From positions 1-46,368 of the forward strand of contig JBDSOU010000183.1 of assembly GCA_039914625.1 (NCBI GenBank): a stretch of DNA of 46,368 nt, written 5' to 3'. This document shows, piece by piece, positions 28,194 to 36,768 of this stretch; the stretch's first letter is position 1; each line of letters opens with the position of its first letter. This stretch comes from Bacteroidia bacterium (GTDB lineage Bacteria > Bacteroidota > Bacteroidia > AKYH767-A > OLB10). Below the pieces are notes generated by a model that saw only the letters and a list, made by a program, of their open reading frames with translations, searched no databases and was not told where the DNA came from. The position numbers and the translations under genes are program-made.

Positions 28194-29996
28194 ATGAAAA
28201 AATACAATTTGTTACTTCCTGCTTTCCTGTTCATGCTGGTTGCATGCAACCCGGAAATAAAAGAAAAAAATAATGAAACAATGGTTTCTGAAAACAAGAT
28301 CAGCGAATTTTTCCATCATTATTTTGATGAGCGCATGAAACTTTTTCCGCTCGAAGCTACAGCCAATGGCATTAATAAATACAATAATTTAATGCCCATT
28401 GACATCAGCGATTCGTACCGCGATCAGATCAAATTATTTTACCAGAGCACACTCATTGAGCTGAATAATTTCAAACGCGATTCGCTTTCGGAAAATGACA
28501 AGCTGAGCTATGACATTCTCCAATGGGATTTGCAAACGGGTATTGAAGGTTTCGGTTTCCCTGATAATCTTATTCCCATCAACCAGTTCTGGAGCCTGCC
28601 GCTTACGTTCGCTCAGCTTGGTTCGGGAAAAAGCAACCAGCCTTTTAATACGGTTGAGGATTACGAAAATTTTCTTGGCCGTGTCAACAGTTTTCCGGCA
28701 TGGTGCGATACGGCAATTGTAAACATGAAAAAAGGAATTGTAGTGGGAATTACTAATCCGAAAATCTTAATGGAACGTGTGCTTCCGCAAATGAATGCCA
28801 TGCGGGTGAAAGATATAACGCAAAGTGTTTTCTATATGCCGGTAAAAAACTTTCCCGCCACGTTCTCTGACACAGATAAAAAACATTTGGATTCTTTATA
28901 TACCAATGCTATAGTTTCACAAATTAATCCTTCCTACCAAAAGCTATATGACTATATCAAAGACGAATACATTCCGCATTGCCGTACCAGCATTGGTATA
29001 GCAGAATTGCCAGGGGGAAAAGAACGCTATAACTATCTTATAAAATACTGGACCACTACCACGCTTTCATCCGACTCTGTTTTTAATCTCGGCATGAGCG
29101 AAGTAAAAAGGCTGCACGATGAAATGGAAAAAATAAAAACCGAAACCGGGTATAAGGGCAACCTCGTTTCGTTTTTCAAATACATGAACAGCGATAAAAA
29201 GTTTTTCCCTTTTACCACTTCGCAGCAGGTGCTGGATTCATTCAGCATCTTACAAGAGCGCATGAAACCCCAATTGAGTAACCTGTTTGACAAAGTTCCG
29301 CAATCGCGTTTTGAAGTACGCCAGACGGAAAAGTTTCGTGAAGCGAGTGCAAGTGCCGAATATAACCAGGGCACTGCCGATGGTTCGCGTCCGGGAATTT
29401 TTTATGTTCCTATACCGGATGCAAAAAAATTCAACACGTATGCTATGGAAGATTTGTTTTTGCACGAAGCTATTCCCGGCCATCATTACCAGAATATGCT
29501 CACTATAGAAAATAATGACCTGCCGCAGTTCAGGCGGTATCTATGGTATGGCGCTTATGGCGAAGGCTGGGCGTTATATACAGAGTCACTCGGAAAAGAA
29601 TTGGGGCTTTATACCGATCCTTACCAGTATTTTGGCGCGCTGAGCGAAGAAATGCACCGTGCCATCAGGCTTGTAGTGGATGCGGGTATGCATACAAAAG
29701 GATGGACACGAGAACAGGCAATTAAGTTTTCGCTCGAAAATGAAGGCGAAAGCGAAGAAAACATTACTTCAGAAATTGAACGCTATATGGCGATCCCCGG
29801 TCAAGCATTGTCTTACAAAATAGGCCAGTTAAAAATACGCGCGCTGCGCAAAAAAGCCGAAGAAGAACCGGGCGCTGCTTTTGACATCCGCCAGTTTCAT
29901 AATGAAATACTGAGAGACGGTTGCCTGCCGCTTTCAGTGCTTGAAACTAAAATGAACCTGTGGATAGAGAAACAAAAGGTAAATAAAAAGACCTAA
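28194..29996 (+). CDS. DUF885 family lipoprotein (metallopeptidase-like)
   Basis: Lipobox LVAC, HEAIPGHH, EGWALYTE, RLVVD, PGQALSYKIG. Confidence 0.92.
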   Translation: MKKYNLLLPAFLFMLVACNPEIKEKNNETMVSENKISEFFHHYFDERMKLFPLEATANGINKYNNLMPIDISDSYRDQIKLFYQSTLIELNNFKRDSLSENDKLSYDILQWDLQTGIEGFGFPDNLIPINQFWSLPLTFAQLGSGKSNQPFNTVEDYENFLGRVNSFPAWCDTAIVNMKKGIVVGITNPKILMERVLPQMNAMRVKDITQSVFYMPVKNFPATFSDTDKKHLDSLYTNAIVSQINPSYQKLYDYIKDEYIPHCRTSIGIAELPGGKERYNYLIKYWTTTTLSSDSVFNLGMSEVKRLHDEMEKIKTETGYKGNLVSFFKYMNSDKKFFPFTTSQQVLDSFSILQERMKPQLSNLFDKVPQSRFEVRQTEKFREASASAEYNQGTADGSRPGIFYVPIPDAKKFNTYAMEDLFLHEAIPGHHYQNMLTIENNDLPQFRRYLWYGAYGEGWALYTESLGKELGLYTDPYQYFGALSEEMHRAIRLVVDAGMHTKGWTREQAIKFSLENEGESEENITSEIERYMAIPGQALSYKIGQLKIRALRKKAEEEPGAAFDIRQFHNEILRDGCLPLSVLETKMNLWIEKQKVNKKT

Positions 29997-30004
29997 TCTT
30001 TTTC

Positions 30005-30069
30005 CCGCAGATTTCGCTGATACCGCAGATTCTTTTAAAACCTCTCTGCGCAATCTGTGTGATCTGCGA
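30005..30069. repeat. Inverted pair of 9-bp tandem repeats (CGCAGAT family)
   Basis: ccgcagatt tcgctgata ccgcagatt ... tctctgcgc aatctgtgt gatctgcga. Confidence 0.7.
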
Positions 30070-30091
30070 GGGCATTTTTCGCAACAAGGTT

Positions 30092-30192
30092 TTATTCAAT
30101 AACTATCTTCCCGCTCCCTATAATTTTTTCTTTGCTAAGGAGCCGGTAAAAATAAATTCCATCACTCAGCTTTTCCACATTTATTTCTTTTA
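30092..30192 (-). pseudogene. Orphan T9SS CTD-coding fragment
   Basis: Reads KEINVEKLSDGIYFYRLLSKEKIIGSGKIVIE*; 30148-30186 matches 30816-30854 at 38/39 nt. Confidence 0.85.
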
Positions 30193-30202
30193 TATAGAAT
30201 TC

Positions 30203-30526
30203 TCACGGCAATGAAATTAATTTAACAATTTGCTCAATAACTTTTTGATGTTTCGTTATAGAAATTTTTCCGGCAGTGGAAATAATATTAATTCTGTGAG
30301 CAGTAAATATTTTGTTTGGTCTTATATGGCTCTCCAATGGAAGCTTACCGCTTTCAAAATCCGAATCCTCTAATTCAATTTCAAGTCCGTCATATTTTTG
30401 CTTGCTTGTAATCTGGCATAACATACTATCATCACCGCCCTAATCGGCAATGATCAATGCAGGTCTGCGTTTTGCTCCCGATAAATCAGAAAAAAGAAAA
30501 GGAATAATGTCTACTTCGCCTTTCAT
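30203..30526 (-). pseudogene. PemK/MazF-family toxin with a premature TAG
   Basis: MKGEVDIIPFLFSDLSGAKRRPALIIAD*GGDDSMLCQITSK...HIRPNKIFTA; stop at 30440-30442. Confidence 0.88.
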
Positions 30527-30720
30527 AAATTTTTCCAGGCATTATCTTCTTCTTCCGAAAGCCAGTCTTTGGCAAGCGATTTTTCACTCGCAAGCGACAA
30601 CTCTTTCGATTCGTCAAGCAACTCGGATATGATAATCTTTTTTTCCTGGGGTGTGCATTGACGCACCCAGTTTATGATCTGCTGAAGCGTAACAGGTAAA
30701 TTATGTTCAATATTTTTCAT
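30523..30720 (-). CDS. Putative antitoxin
   Basis: LASEKSLAKDWLSEEEDNAWKNL tail; 4-nt ATGA overlap with the toxin start. Confidence 0.85.
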   Translation of the reverse strand: MKNIEHNLPVTLQQIINWVRQCTPQEKKIIISELLDESKELSLASEKSLAKDWLSEEEDNAWKNL

Positions 30721-30759
30721 AAAACAAAAGTAATGAAATTGAATATTATTTTTCTATCC

Positions 30760-32409
30760 TTAATGCTGCACAACAACCTTCTTACTTATCACTCCTTCTT
30801 TCATTTTCACTTGCAAAAAATAAATTCCGTCACTCAGCTTTTCCACATTTATTTTCTTTTCAAATTTCCCTGCTGCGATTTCTTCTTTTTCAACATAAAT
30901 TTGTTTGCCTAACGTATTATATATACGTAATTCAATGTATTGTTTTGATGATGATTGAAATGAAATGGTGAGGGAGGAGTTTGTGGGATTTGGAAATACA
31001 AGAAGTTCATTGGCGAAATTAATTTCCCTGATATCTGTGATTGTCGGACATACTCCACATGTGGTGTCTATAGTATATTTCCAGAGATCATTTCGGGGGG
31101 TAGTTAAACCATTATTAGAACCTCCGAATAAATAAAGATGACCATTATTATCCGTCCATCCTATAGCGCCTCCTCTGCCGTTAGGTTTATTTGTTGGACT
31201 TGAAACCCCTATTGTTCCCCATGAACCCACAGGAGATGGTATATTGGATCCGGATTGCCATATCCATTGATTAGTTGAGATACAATACATCCACAAATCA
31301 TTCCATGTTAGAGGGTACTGCCCCCCGCCAAATAACCAAAAATTTCCGCGTTGATCTTTCCATGCAGCTCTGTTTTCATATCTCGCACCCGGTATATTAG
31401 CAGATGAAGTTACGCATTTTGTTCCATACACTCCTGCTGCATTTACTGTTGTGCTACCCCCCATCCACTTCCAATTGTTTGTAACCGGATTATATTTCCA
31501 AAGATCATTACAGTTAGATGACTGATTACCATAATTAGTATTGCCGCCAAAGAACCAGAATTTTCCATCACTATCTTTCCAATGCCCATAAGATCCTCTC
31601 GCACCAGGTGTATTTGCAGGACTCTCTACTCCCAAAGTACCATATACGCCTATAGCATTTGTCATATTGCTTCCTTTCATCCAAGTCCATTGATTGGAAT
31701 CTATACTATACCTCCATAAATCATTCAGCTGTGTCACTATCGTAGTTGCCCCACCAAATAGCCATAAATTATTAAAATCATCTGCTCCCAGTGCAAGTGT
31801 TTCAGACCGGTGACGAGGATAATTTGCAGTATCAGGTACGCCTTGTATGCCATAAACACCCGGAGCCAGAGAACTATTAGGACCTTTTACCCAAACCCAT
31901 TCGTTTGTTGAAATATCATACTTCCATAAATCGCTGTACATATTGTTAAGGCCTGCACCGCCAAACAGCCACAGGTTATTCTGGTTATCAACCCATGACG
32001 CAATGGCAAAACCGCGTGAAGGTGGATTATTTAATAATGAAGGAATGCCCTGAATACCATAGCTGCCTGAATCATTAGCAATGCCTGGCCCTTTCATCCA
32101 CGTCCATTCATTACTTGATATCTCAAATTTCCAAAGATTATTTAAAGTAACACTGCCTACTACCCCTCCGAATAACCAAAAATTCCCATTCATATCTGTC
32201 CATTCACAAGGTTCATATAATGAAGGAGGATTATTTGTCGGGCTTGGAACTCCCTGCACTCCATAATTACCCGATTGGTTAGGAATACTGTCTCCTTTTA
32301 TCCATACCCACTCCCCCGCCTGCGAAAAACATTCACCAAACAAAAAATAAAAAATAAAAAGCCCCCTAACCCCCAAAGGGGGAATGAGGGATGTGATTAT
32401 TTTTTTCAT
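30760..32409 (-). CDS. T9SS type A-sorted Kelch-like beta-propeller protein
   Basis: Six WxWxxG...W.FGG...NDLW blades; CTD VFPNPT...GIYFL...KKVVVQH. Confidence 0.92.
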   Translation of the reverse strand: MKKIITSLIPPLGVRGLFIFYFLFGECFSQAGEWVWIKGDSIPNQSGNYGVQGVPSPTNNPPSLYEPCEWTDMNGNFWLFGGVVGSVTLNNLWKFEISSNEWTWMKGPGIANDSGSYGIQGIPSLLNNPPSRGFAIASWVDNQNNLWLFGGAGLNNMYSDLWKYDISTNEWVWVKGPNSSLAPGVYGIQGVPDTANYPRHRSETLALGADDFNNLWLFGGATTIVTQLNDLWRYSIDSNQWTWMKGSNMTNAIGVYGTLGVESPANTPGARGSYGHWKDSDGKFWFFGGNTNYGNQSSNCNDLWKYNPVTNNWKWMGGSTTVNAAGVYGTKCVTSSANIPGARYENRAAWKDQRGNFWLFGGGQYPLTWNDLWMYCISTNQWIWQSGSNIPSPVGSWGTIGVSSPTNKPNGRGGAIGWTDNNGHLYLFGGSNNGLTTPRNDLWKYTIDTTCGVCPTITDIREINFANELLVFPNPTNSSLTISFQSSSKQYIELRIYNTLGKQIYVEKEEIAAGKFEKKINVEKLSDGIYFLQVKMKEGVISKKVVVQH

Positions 32410-32445
32410 GGATTAATTTGAAAGGCTAAAGGTAAGGGTTATTTC

Positions 32446-32473
32446 TTGACATGCATATCATTTCATAACTTAC
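32446..32473 (+). promoter_or_regulatory. Candidate promoter reading into the 21-bp array
   Basis: TTG (32446) ... TAACTTAC (32466-32473), a variant of the -7 motif. The divergent candidate TACCTTTA (32427-32434, minus strand) serves the Kelch gene. Confidence 0.4.
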
Positions 32474-32479
32474 AACGTA

Positions 32480-33025
32480 ATTAAAGCCGTTAACACCAAA
32501 AGAAAAGCAACTGACAATAAAATAAGAGTCATTAACAGAACAATTATTAAAGCTCGCATCAAAAGAAGAATCACTGACATTGCAAGAACAATCATTAACA
32601 GGAGCAGAAGGTTCACTGACAGCATCAGAACATTCATTAACGGAACCAGAAGGTTCGTGAACATGACCAGAACATGCGCAGACATTAAAAGAACTGCCGT
32701 TGACAAAGCAGGAACAATCATTAACAGGAGCAGAAGGTTCACTGACAGCATCAGAACATTCATTAACGGCAACAGAAGGTTCACGAACATGACCAGAACA
32801 TGCGCAGACATTAAAAGAACTGCCGTTGACGAAGAAAGAACTATCATCAACAGTTTCAGAAATATCAGTGACAATGTTCCCCAAATCATTAACAGAAAAA
32901 GAAGTAGCATTAACATGGACAGAAGTATAGTTGACAAAGAAAGAACTATCATCAACAGTTTCAGAAGTATCATTAACAATGCACGATGTATCATTAACAA
33001 TAAAAGAACTATCGTTGACAATTGA
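32480..33025. repeat. 26 x 21-bp degenerate tandem array with a 126-bp higher-order duplication
   Basis: Units parse without indels to consensus AGAA-NNN-TCR-YTR-ACA-NNNNN; 32585-32710 is repeated at 32711-32836. Confidence 0.95.
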
Positions 33026-33117
33026 GCTTTCTGATCATCATTATCAATAATTCTTGAAAAAAGGTAACCCGGCAGCCTTTTTTACGTAACATCTGCTAAT
33101 CATTATTAAAAGCACAT

Positions 33118-33816
33118 ATGAAAAACACATCTCTTATCAAAATCAAAAAAGAAACTTCGCTGGTAAAAGTTACAGCTCCAAAGAAATCAAAAGCCGTTTC
33201 TATGGATTCAATTAATTCTGTTGACGAAAAAATCAACAAAATATGGGCAATGTTTGAAAACCAGCTTCAGCGAAATTATGACCTGATGGGTTTTATTGAC
33301 AAACAGCAGCAGGTTATTGAAAAAGTAATGACTGCCGGTTATACAAACATGCTGATTACTAATAATACTCACGAAAATAACGTTCCGGTGAATACTAAAA
33401 AAGAAGAGGAAGAAAAAACTATTGAACTAATGTCGTTCGAAAAATTGAAGAGCTTAACAAACTCGTACAAAAAAATAATTACTTCCTCCAATCGTATTGA
33501 TGCTATTCACAGTTTGCTCCATATCTTGCACACTCTAAACTCTCTCGGAAAGGCAAAACCCGAACAATTATTTATTGCTTGCGGCATGATTGAATCAACA
33601 GGTTTCAGGTTAACCGGAAGGCTCCGGTCTATGGAGCTGATTAAATACAACGGTACTACCCGCGAAGGCGCTTATGCAATGACTGAATTAGGAAAAGATT
33701 TTCTGGATGAAAAAATTAAAGACGCAGACGAATATCGCAACCGTCTAAGTTCACATGCCAAATATTATGTTGAGACGAACATCCGGATGCCTCTTTTCCC
33801 TCAGCAGCAATCTTAA
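33118..33816 (+). CDS. Orphan protein with a C-terminal winged-helix DNA-binding domain
   Basis: ILHTLNSLGKAKPEQLF..CGMIESTGFRLTGRLRSMELIKYNG....GAYAMTELGKDFL fits a wHTH with a YxxTExG wing. Confidence 0.75.
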   Translation: MKNTSLIKIKKETSLVKVTAPKKSKAVSMDSINSVDEKINKIWAMFENQLQRNYDLMGFIDKQQQVIEKVMTAGYTNMLITNNTHENNVPVNTKKEEEEKTIELMSFEKLKSLTNSYKKIITSSNRIDAIHSLLHILHTLNSLGKAKPEQLFIACGMIESTGFRLTGRLRSMELIKYNGTTREGAYAMTELGKDFLDEKIKDADEYRNRLSSHAKYYVETNIRMPLFPQQQS

Positions 33817-33974
33817 AGCATAGCTTAGTTCATCATTCTGCTGGGAAATTTTATTTCTCCATATTTTCCTATTCTTTAAAATTACCCATTCGTTTCTTCA
33901 TAAAATTCCGGATAAGCTTCCCCTGTTTCCATTAAAAATGATTTGAAAGAAATTTCCCTCTTTCAACATGGAAC

Positions 33975-34004
33975 TTTGTACTTTCAACTTTTTTTCTACT
34001 TTTG
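33975..34004 (+). promoter_or_regulatory. Sigma-A promoter for accB-accC
   Basis: TTTG (33975) ... TACTTTTG (33997-34004). Confidence 0.65.
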
Positions 34005-34029
34005 GTAATTCATACTAATCATTTTTTAT

Positions 34030-34521
34030 ATGAACAAAAAAGAAATTGAGGATCTTATCCGCTTTGTTTCAAAAGCAGGCGTGAGCGAAGTGAGCCTTGA
34101 AACCAAGGAAATAAAAATTACCATTGTAAACTCCCCACGCGCTCCTGAACATGTTACCAGCCATGTGCATGCAGCACCGGCACCGGCAACAAATGCCCCG
34201 GTTGCGCCTGTGGCTGCACCATCACCTGCCGCTGTTGCAGCGCCTGCAAATGCTGAGTCTGCCGCAAAAGATGAATCGAATTTACATGTGATTAAATCGC
34301 CCATGATCGGCACCTTTTATCGATCTGCTTCGCCCGACAAGCCCAACTTTGTAAACGTAGGCGATGAAATAAAACAAGGCAAAGTCCTGTGCATCATCGA
34401 AGCCATGAAGCTCTTCAACGAAATTGAAAGCGATGTTTCAGGCAAGATCGTGAAAGTCCTTGTGGACAATGCTTTACCAATCGAATACGATCAACCTTTG
34501 TTTTTAGTCGAACCTTCTTAA
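34030..34521 (+). CDS. accB: Acetyl-CoA carboxylase biotin carboxyl carrier protein
   Basis: SPMIGTFY, EAMKLFNEI, Ala/Pro-rich linker. Confidence 0.97.
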   Translation: MNKKEIEDLIRFVSKAGVSEVSLETKEIKITIVNSPRAPEHVTSHVHAAPAPATNAPVAPVAAPSPAAVAAPANAESAAKDESNLHVIKSPMIGTFYRSASPDKPNFVNVGDEIKQGKVLCIIEAMKLFNEIESDVSGKIVKVLVDNALPIEYDQPLFLVEPS

Positions 34522-34530
34522 AAAGTAAAT

Positions 34531-34613
34531 GGGTAATTGAGGTGATTAAGGTAATTGGTAAAAAACCCCATTTACCTTAATCACCCTAATTACCTCAATT
34601 ACCTCAATTACCC
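34531..34613. repeat. Inverted pair of 9-bp tandem repeats
   Basis: gggtaattga ggtgattaa ggtaattg ... ttaatcacc ctaattacc tcaattacc tcaattaccc. Confidence 0.8.
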
Positions 34614-34618
34614 AAAAC

Positions 34619-35956
34619 ATGTTCAAAAAAATCCTCATAGCCAACCGTGGTGAAATTGCGCTTCGCATTATTCGCACCTGCAAAGAAATGGGCATTAACA
34701 CAGTGGCTGTTTATTCAACTGCTGATAAAGAAAGCCTGCATGTGCGTTTTGCTGACGAAGCTGTTTGCATCGGTCCCCCTCCCAGCCGCGATTCATATCT
34801 CAATATTCCAAGCATTATCTCTGCTGCTGAAATTACCAATGCCGATGCCATCCATCCCGGTTACGGTTTCCTTTCGGAGAATTCACGATTTTCTTCCATC
34901 TGCCAGGAGCATGGAATAAAATTTATTGGCGCCACGCCCGAACAGATTGACGGAATGGGCGATAAATCGAATGCAAAAGCAACCATGCGCAAAGCAAAAG
35001 TTCCTATTGTTCCCGGTTCAGAGGGGTTGCTTGCCGATGTGAAAGAAGGATTGAAAATTGCAAAAAAAATAGGTTTCCCCATAATATTAAAAGCAACTGC
35101 CGGAGGTGGCGGACGCGGAATGCGCATCGTTTGGAAACCCGAAGAAATGGAAGACGCGTGGAACTCTGCCCGCACGGAAGCGGCAGCAGCTTTCGGAAAT
35201 GATGGAATGTACCTTGAAAAATATGTGGAAGAACCGCGTCATATCGAAATTCAGATTGCAGGCGATCAATATGGAAAGGTATGTCACCTGAGTGAGCGCG
35301 ATTGTTCTATTCAACGCAGACATCAAAAACTCATTGAAGAAACTCCGTCACCATTCATGACTCCCAAATTGCGCAAAGCTATGGGGGCTGCAGCCATTAA
35401 AGCTGCCGAAGCCGTTAAATATGAAGGGGTGGGAACAGTGGAATTTCTGGTGGATAAGCACCGCGATTTTTATTTCATGGAAATGAACACCCGTATCCAG
35501 GTAGAACATCCTATTACCGAAGAAGTGATCAATTACGACCTGATAAAAGAACAGATAAAAATTGCGGCAGGTCAAAAAATTTCAGGCAAAGATTATTTTC
35601 CGCAAATGCACGCTATTGAATGCCGCATCAATGCCGAAGACCCTTACAATAATTTTCGCCCTGCTCCCGGTAAAATCACCAACCTCCATATTCCCGGAGG
35701 ACATGGAGTTAGAGTTGATTCGCACATTTATGCCGGGTACACCATTCCGCCCAACTATGATTCGATGGTTGCAAAACTGATCACGATGGCGCAAACAAGA
35801 GACGAAGCCATCCGCACCATGGAACGTGCACTAAGCGAATTTATAATAGAAGGCGTAAAAACCACCATTCCTTTTCACCAGCAATTAATGCAGAACGAAG
35901 ATTTCCGCAAAGGAAATTATACCACCAAGTTTATGGAAACGTTTAAGCTGAAATAA
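34619..35956 (+). CDS. accC: Acetyl-CoA carboxylase biotin carboxylase
   Basis: [34 protein letters not shown]. Confidence 0.98.
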   Translation: MFKKILIANRGEIALRIIRTCKEMGINTVAVYSTADKESLHVRFADEAVCIGPPPSRDSYLNIPSIISAAEITNADAIHPGYGFLSENSRFSSICQEHGIKFIGATPEQIDGMGDKSNAKATMRKAKVPIVPGSEGLLADVKEGLKIAKKIGFPIILKATAGGGGRGMRIVWKPEEMEDAWNSARTEAAAAFGNDGMYLEKYVEEPRHIEIQIAGDQYGKVCHLSERDCSIQRRHQKLIEETPSPFMTPKLRKAMGAAAIKAAEAVKYEGVGTVEFLVDKHRDFYFMEMNTRIQVEHPITEEVINYDLIKEQIKIAAGQKISGKDYFPQMHAIECRINAEDPYNNFRPAPGKITNLHIPGGHGVRVDSHIYAGYTIPPNYDSMVAKLITMAQTRDEAIRTMERALSEFIIEGVKTTIPFHQQLMQNEDFRKGNYTTKFMETFKLK

Positions 35957-35964
35957 AAGTAAAT

Positions 35965-36047
35965 GATTTGAAAATTTGAAAATGAGGAAATTTGAAAATT
36001 CGTACACAAGCTGATTATTCCCTTTAAAATTTTCAAATCTTCAAATT
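35965..36047. repeat. Inverted pair of 8-bp tandem repeats (TTTGAAAA)
   Basis: gatttgaaaatttgaaaatg...tttgaaaatt ... aattttcaaatcttcaaatt. Confidence 0.65.
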
Positions 36048-36053
36048 AAAAAA

Positions 36054-36620
36054 ATGAACATCAGCTTTAAAAACATCATCACCATCTCGATGATTCTTTT
36101 TGCTGTTATTGATATTGTCGGATCTATTCCTGTAATACTTGAAATAAGAAGAAAAGCCGGTAGTATCCATCCTGAAAAGGCAACGCTGGTTTCTCTTCTC
36201 ATTATGCTTGTTTTTCTTTTTTTGGGAGAGAATATTTTAAAATTTATCGGGCTTGATCTTGCATCGTTTGCAATTGCCGGATCGTTTGTTTTATTTTTTA
36301 TTTCTTTAGAAATGATACTGGGAATAAAAATTTATAAAGATGAATTACCCGAAACAGCTTCCATAGTTCCCATTGCATTTCCGTTAATAGCCGGAGCCGG
36401 AACCATGACCACACTTTTATCATTGCGTTCGCAATACCTCCCTATGGAAATAATAATTGGAATTGTTTTAAATTTAATCCTCGTTTATCTTTGTCTTAAA
36501 AATTTAGGATTCTTAGAAAAGCTTTTAGGTCCAACAGGAATCGGAGTGCTCAGAAAAGTATTCGGATTTATTCTGCTCGCCATAGCAGTAAAGCTTTTCA
36601 GAAGCAACCTGGGAATATAA
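36054..36620 (+). CDS. MarC family membrane protein
   Basis: LFAVIDIVGSIP, SIVPIAFPLIAGAG, GFILLAIAV. Confidence 0.93.
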   Translation: MNISFKNIITISMILFAVIDIVGSIPVILEIRRKAGSIHPEKATLVSLLIMLVFLFLGENILKFIGLDLASFAIAGSFVLFFISLEMILGIKIYKDELPETASIVPIAFPLIAGAGTMTTLLSLRSQYLPMEIIIGIVLNLILVYLCLKNLGFLEKLLGPTGIGVLRKVFGFILLAIAVKLFRSNLGI

Positions 36621-36624
36621 ATAA

Positions 36625-36765
36625 AGTAAACAATTGACAACAGACAGTAAACAATAAAAATAAAATTATCATTTTGAAAAATAATCCGCAAAAAAAATTA
36701 AATAATATTTTTTTCTTTTTTTGTTAAATAGTTAACAGGAATTGTTTACTTGTCTATTGTCTATT
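36625..36765. repeat. Inverted pair of 7-bp tandem repeats
   Basis: agtaaac aattgac aacagac agtaaac aat ... attgtttacttgtctattgtctatt. Confidence 0.6.
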
Positions 36766-36768
36766 TAA

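Noticed and set aside
6327-30526. Amber (TAG) recoding, since all three internal pseudogene stops are TAG
   Set aside because: TAG ends normal genes here at their expected termini (e.g. 18580, 19461, 23766, 43594).
32480-33025. CRISPR array
   Set aside because: The period is only 21 bp, the repeats are degenerate, the variable parts are 3-5 nt, and no cas genes are present.
32426-33025. Three listed ORFs over the array as real genes
   Set aside because: Their openness follows from repeat composition, and their starts are internal TTG/GTG codons; none can be supported as a CDS.
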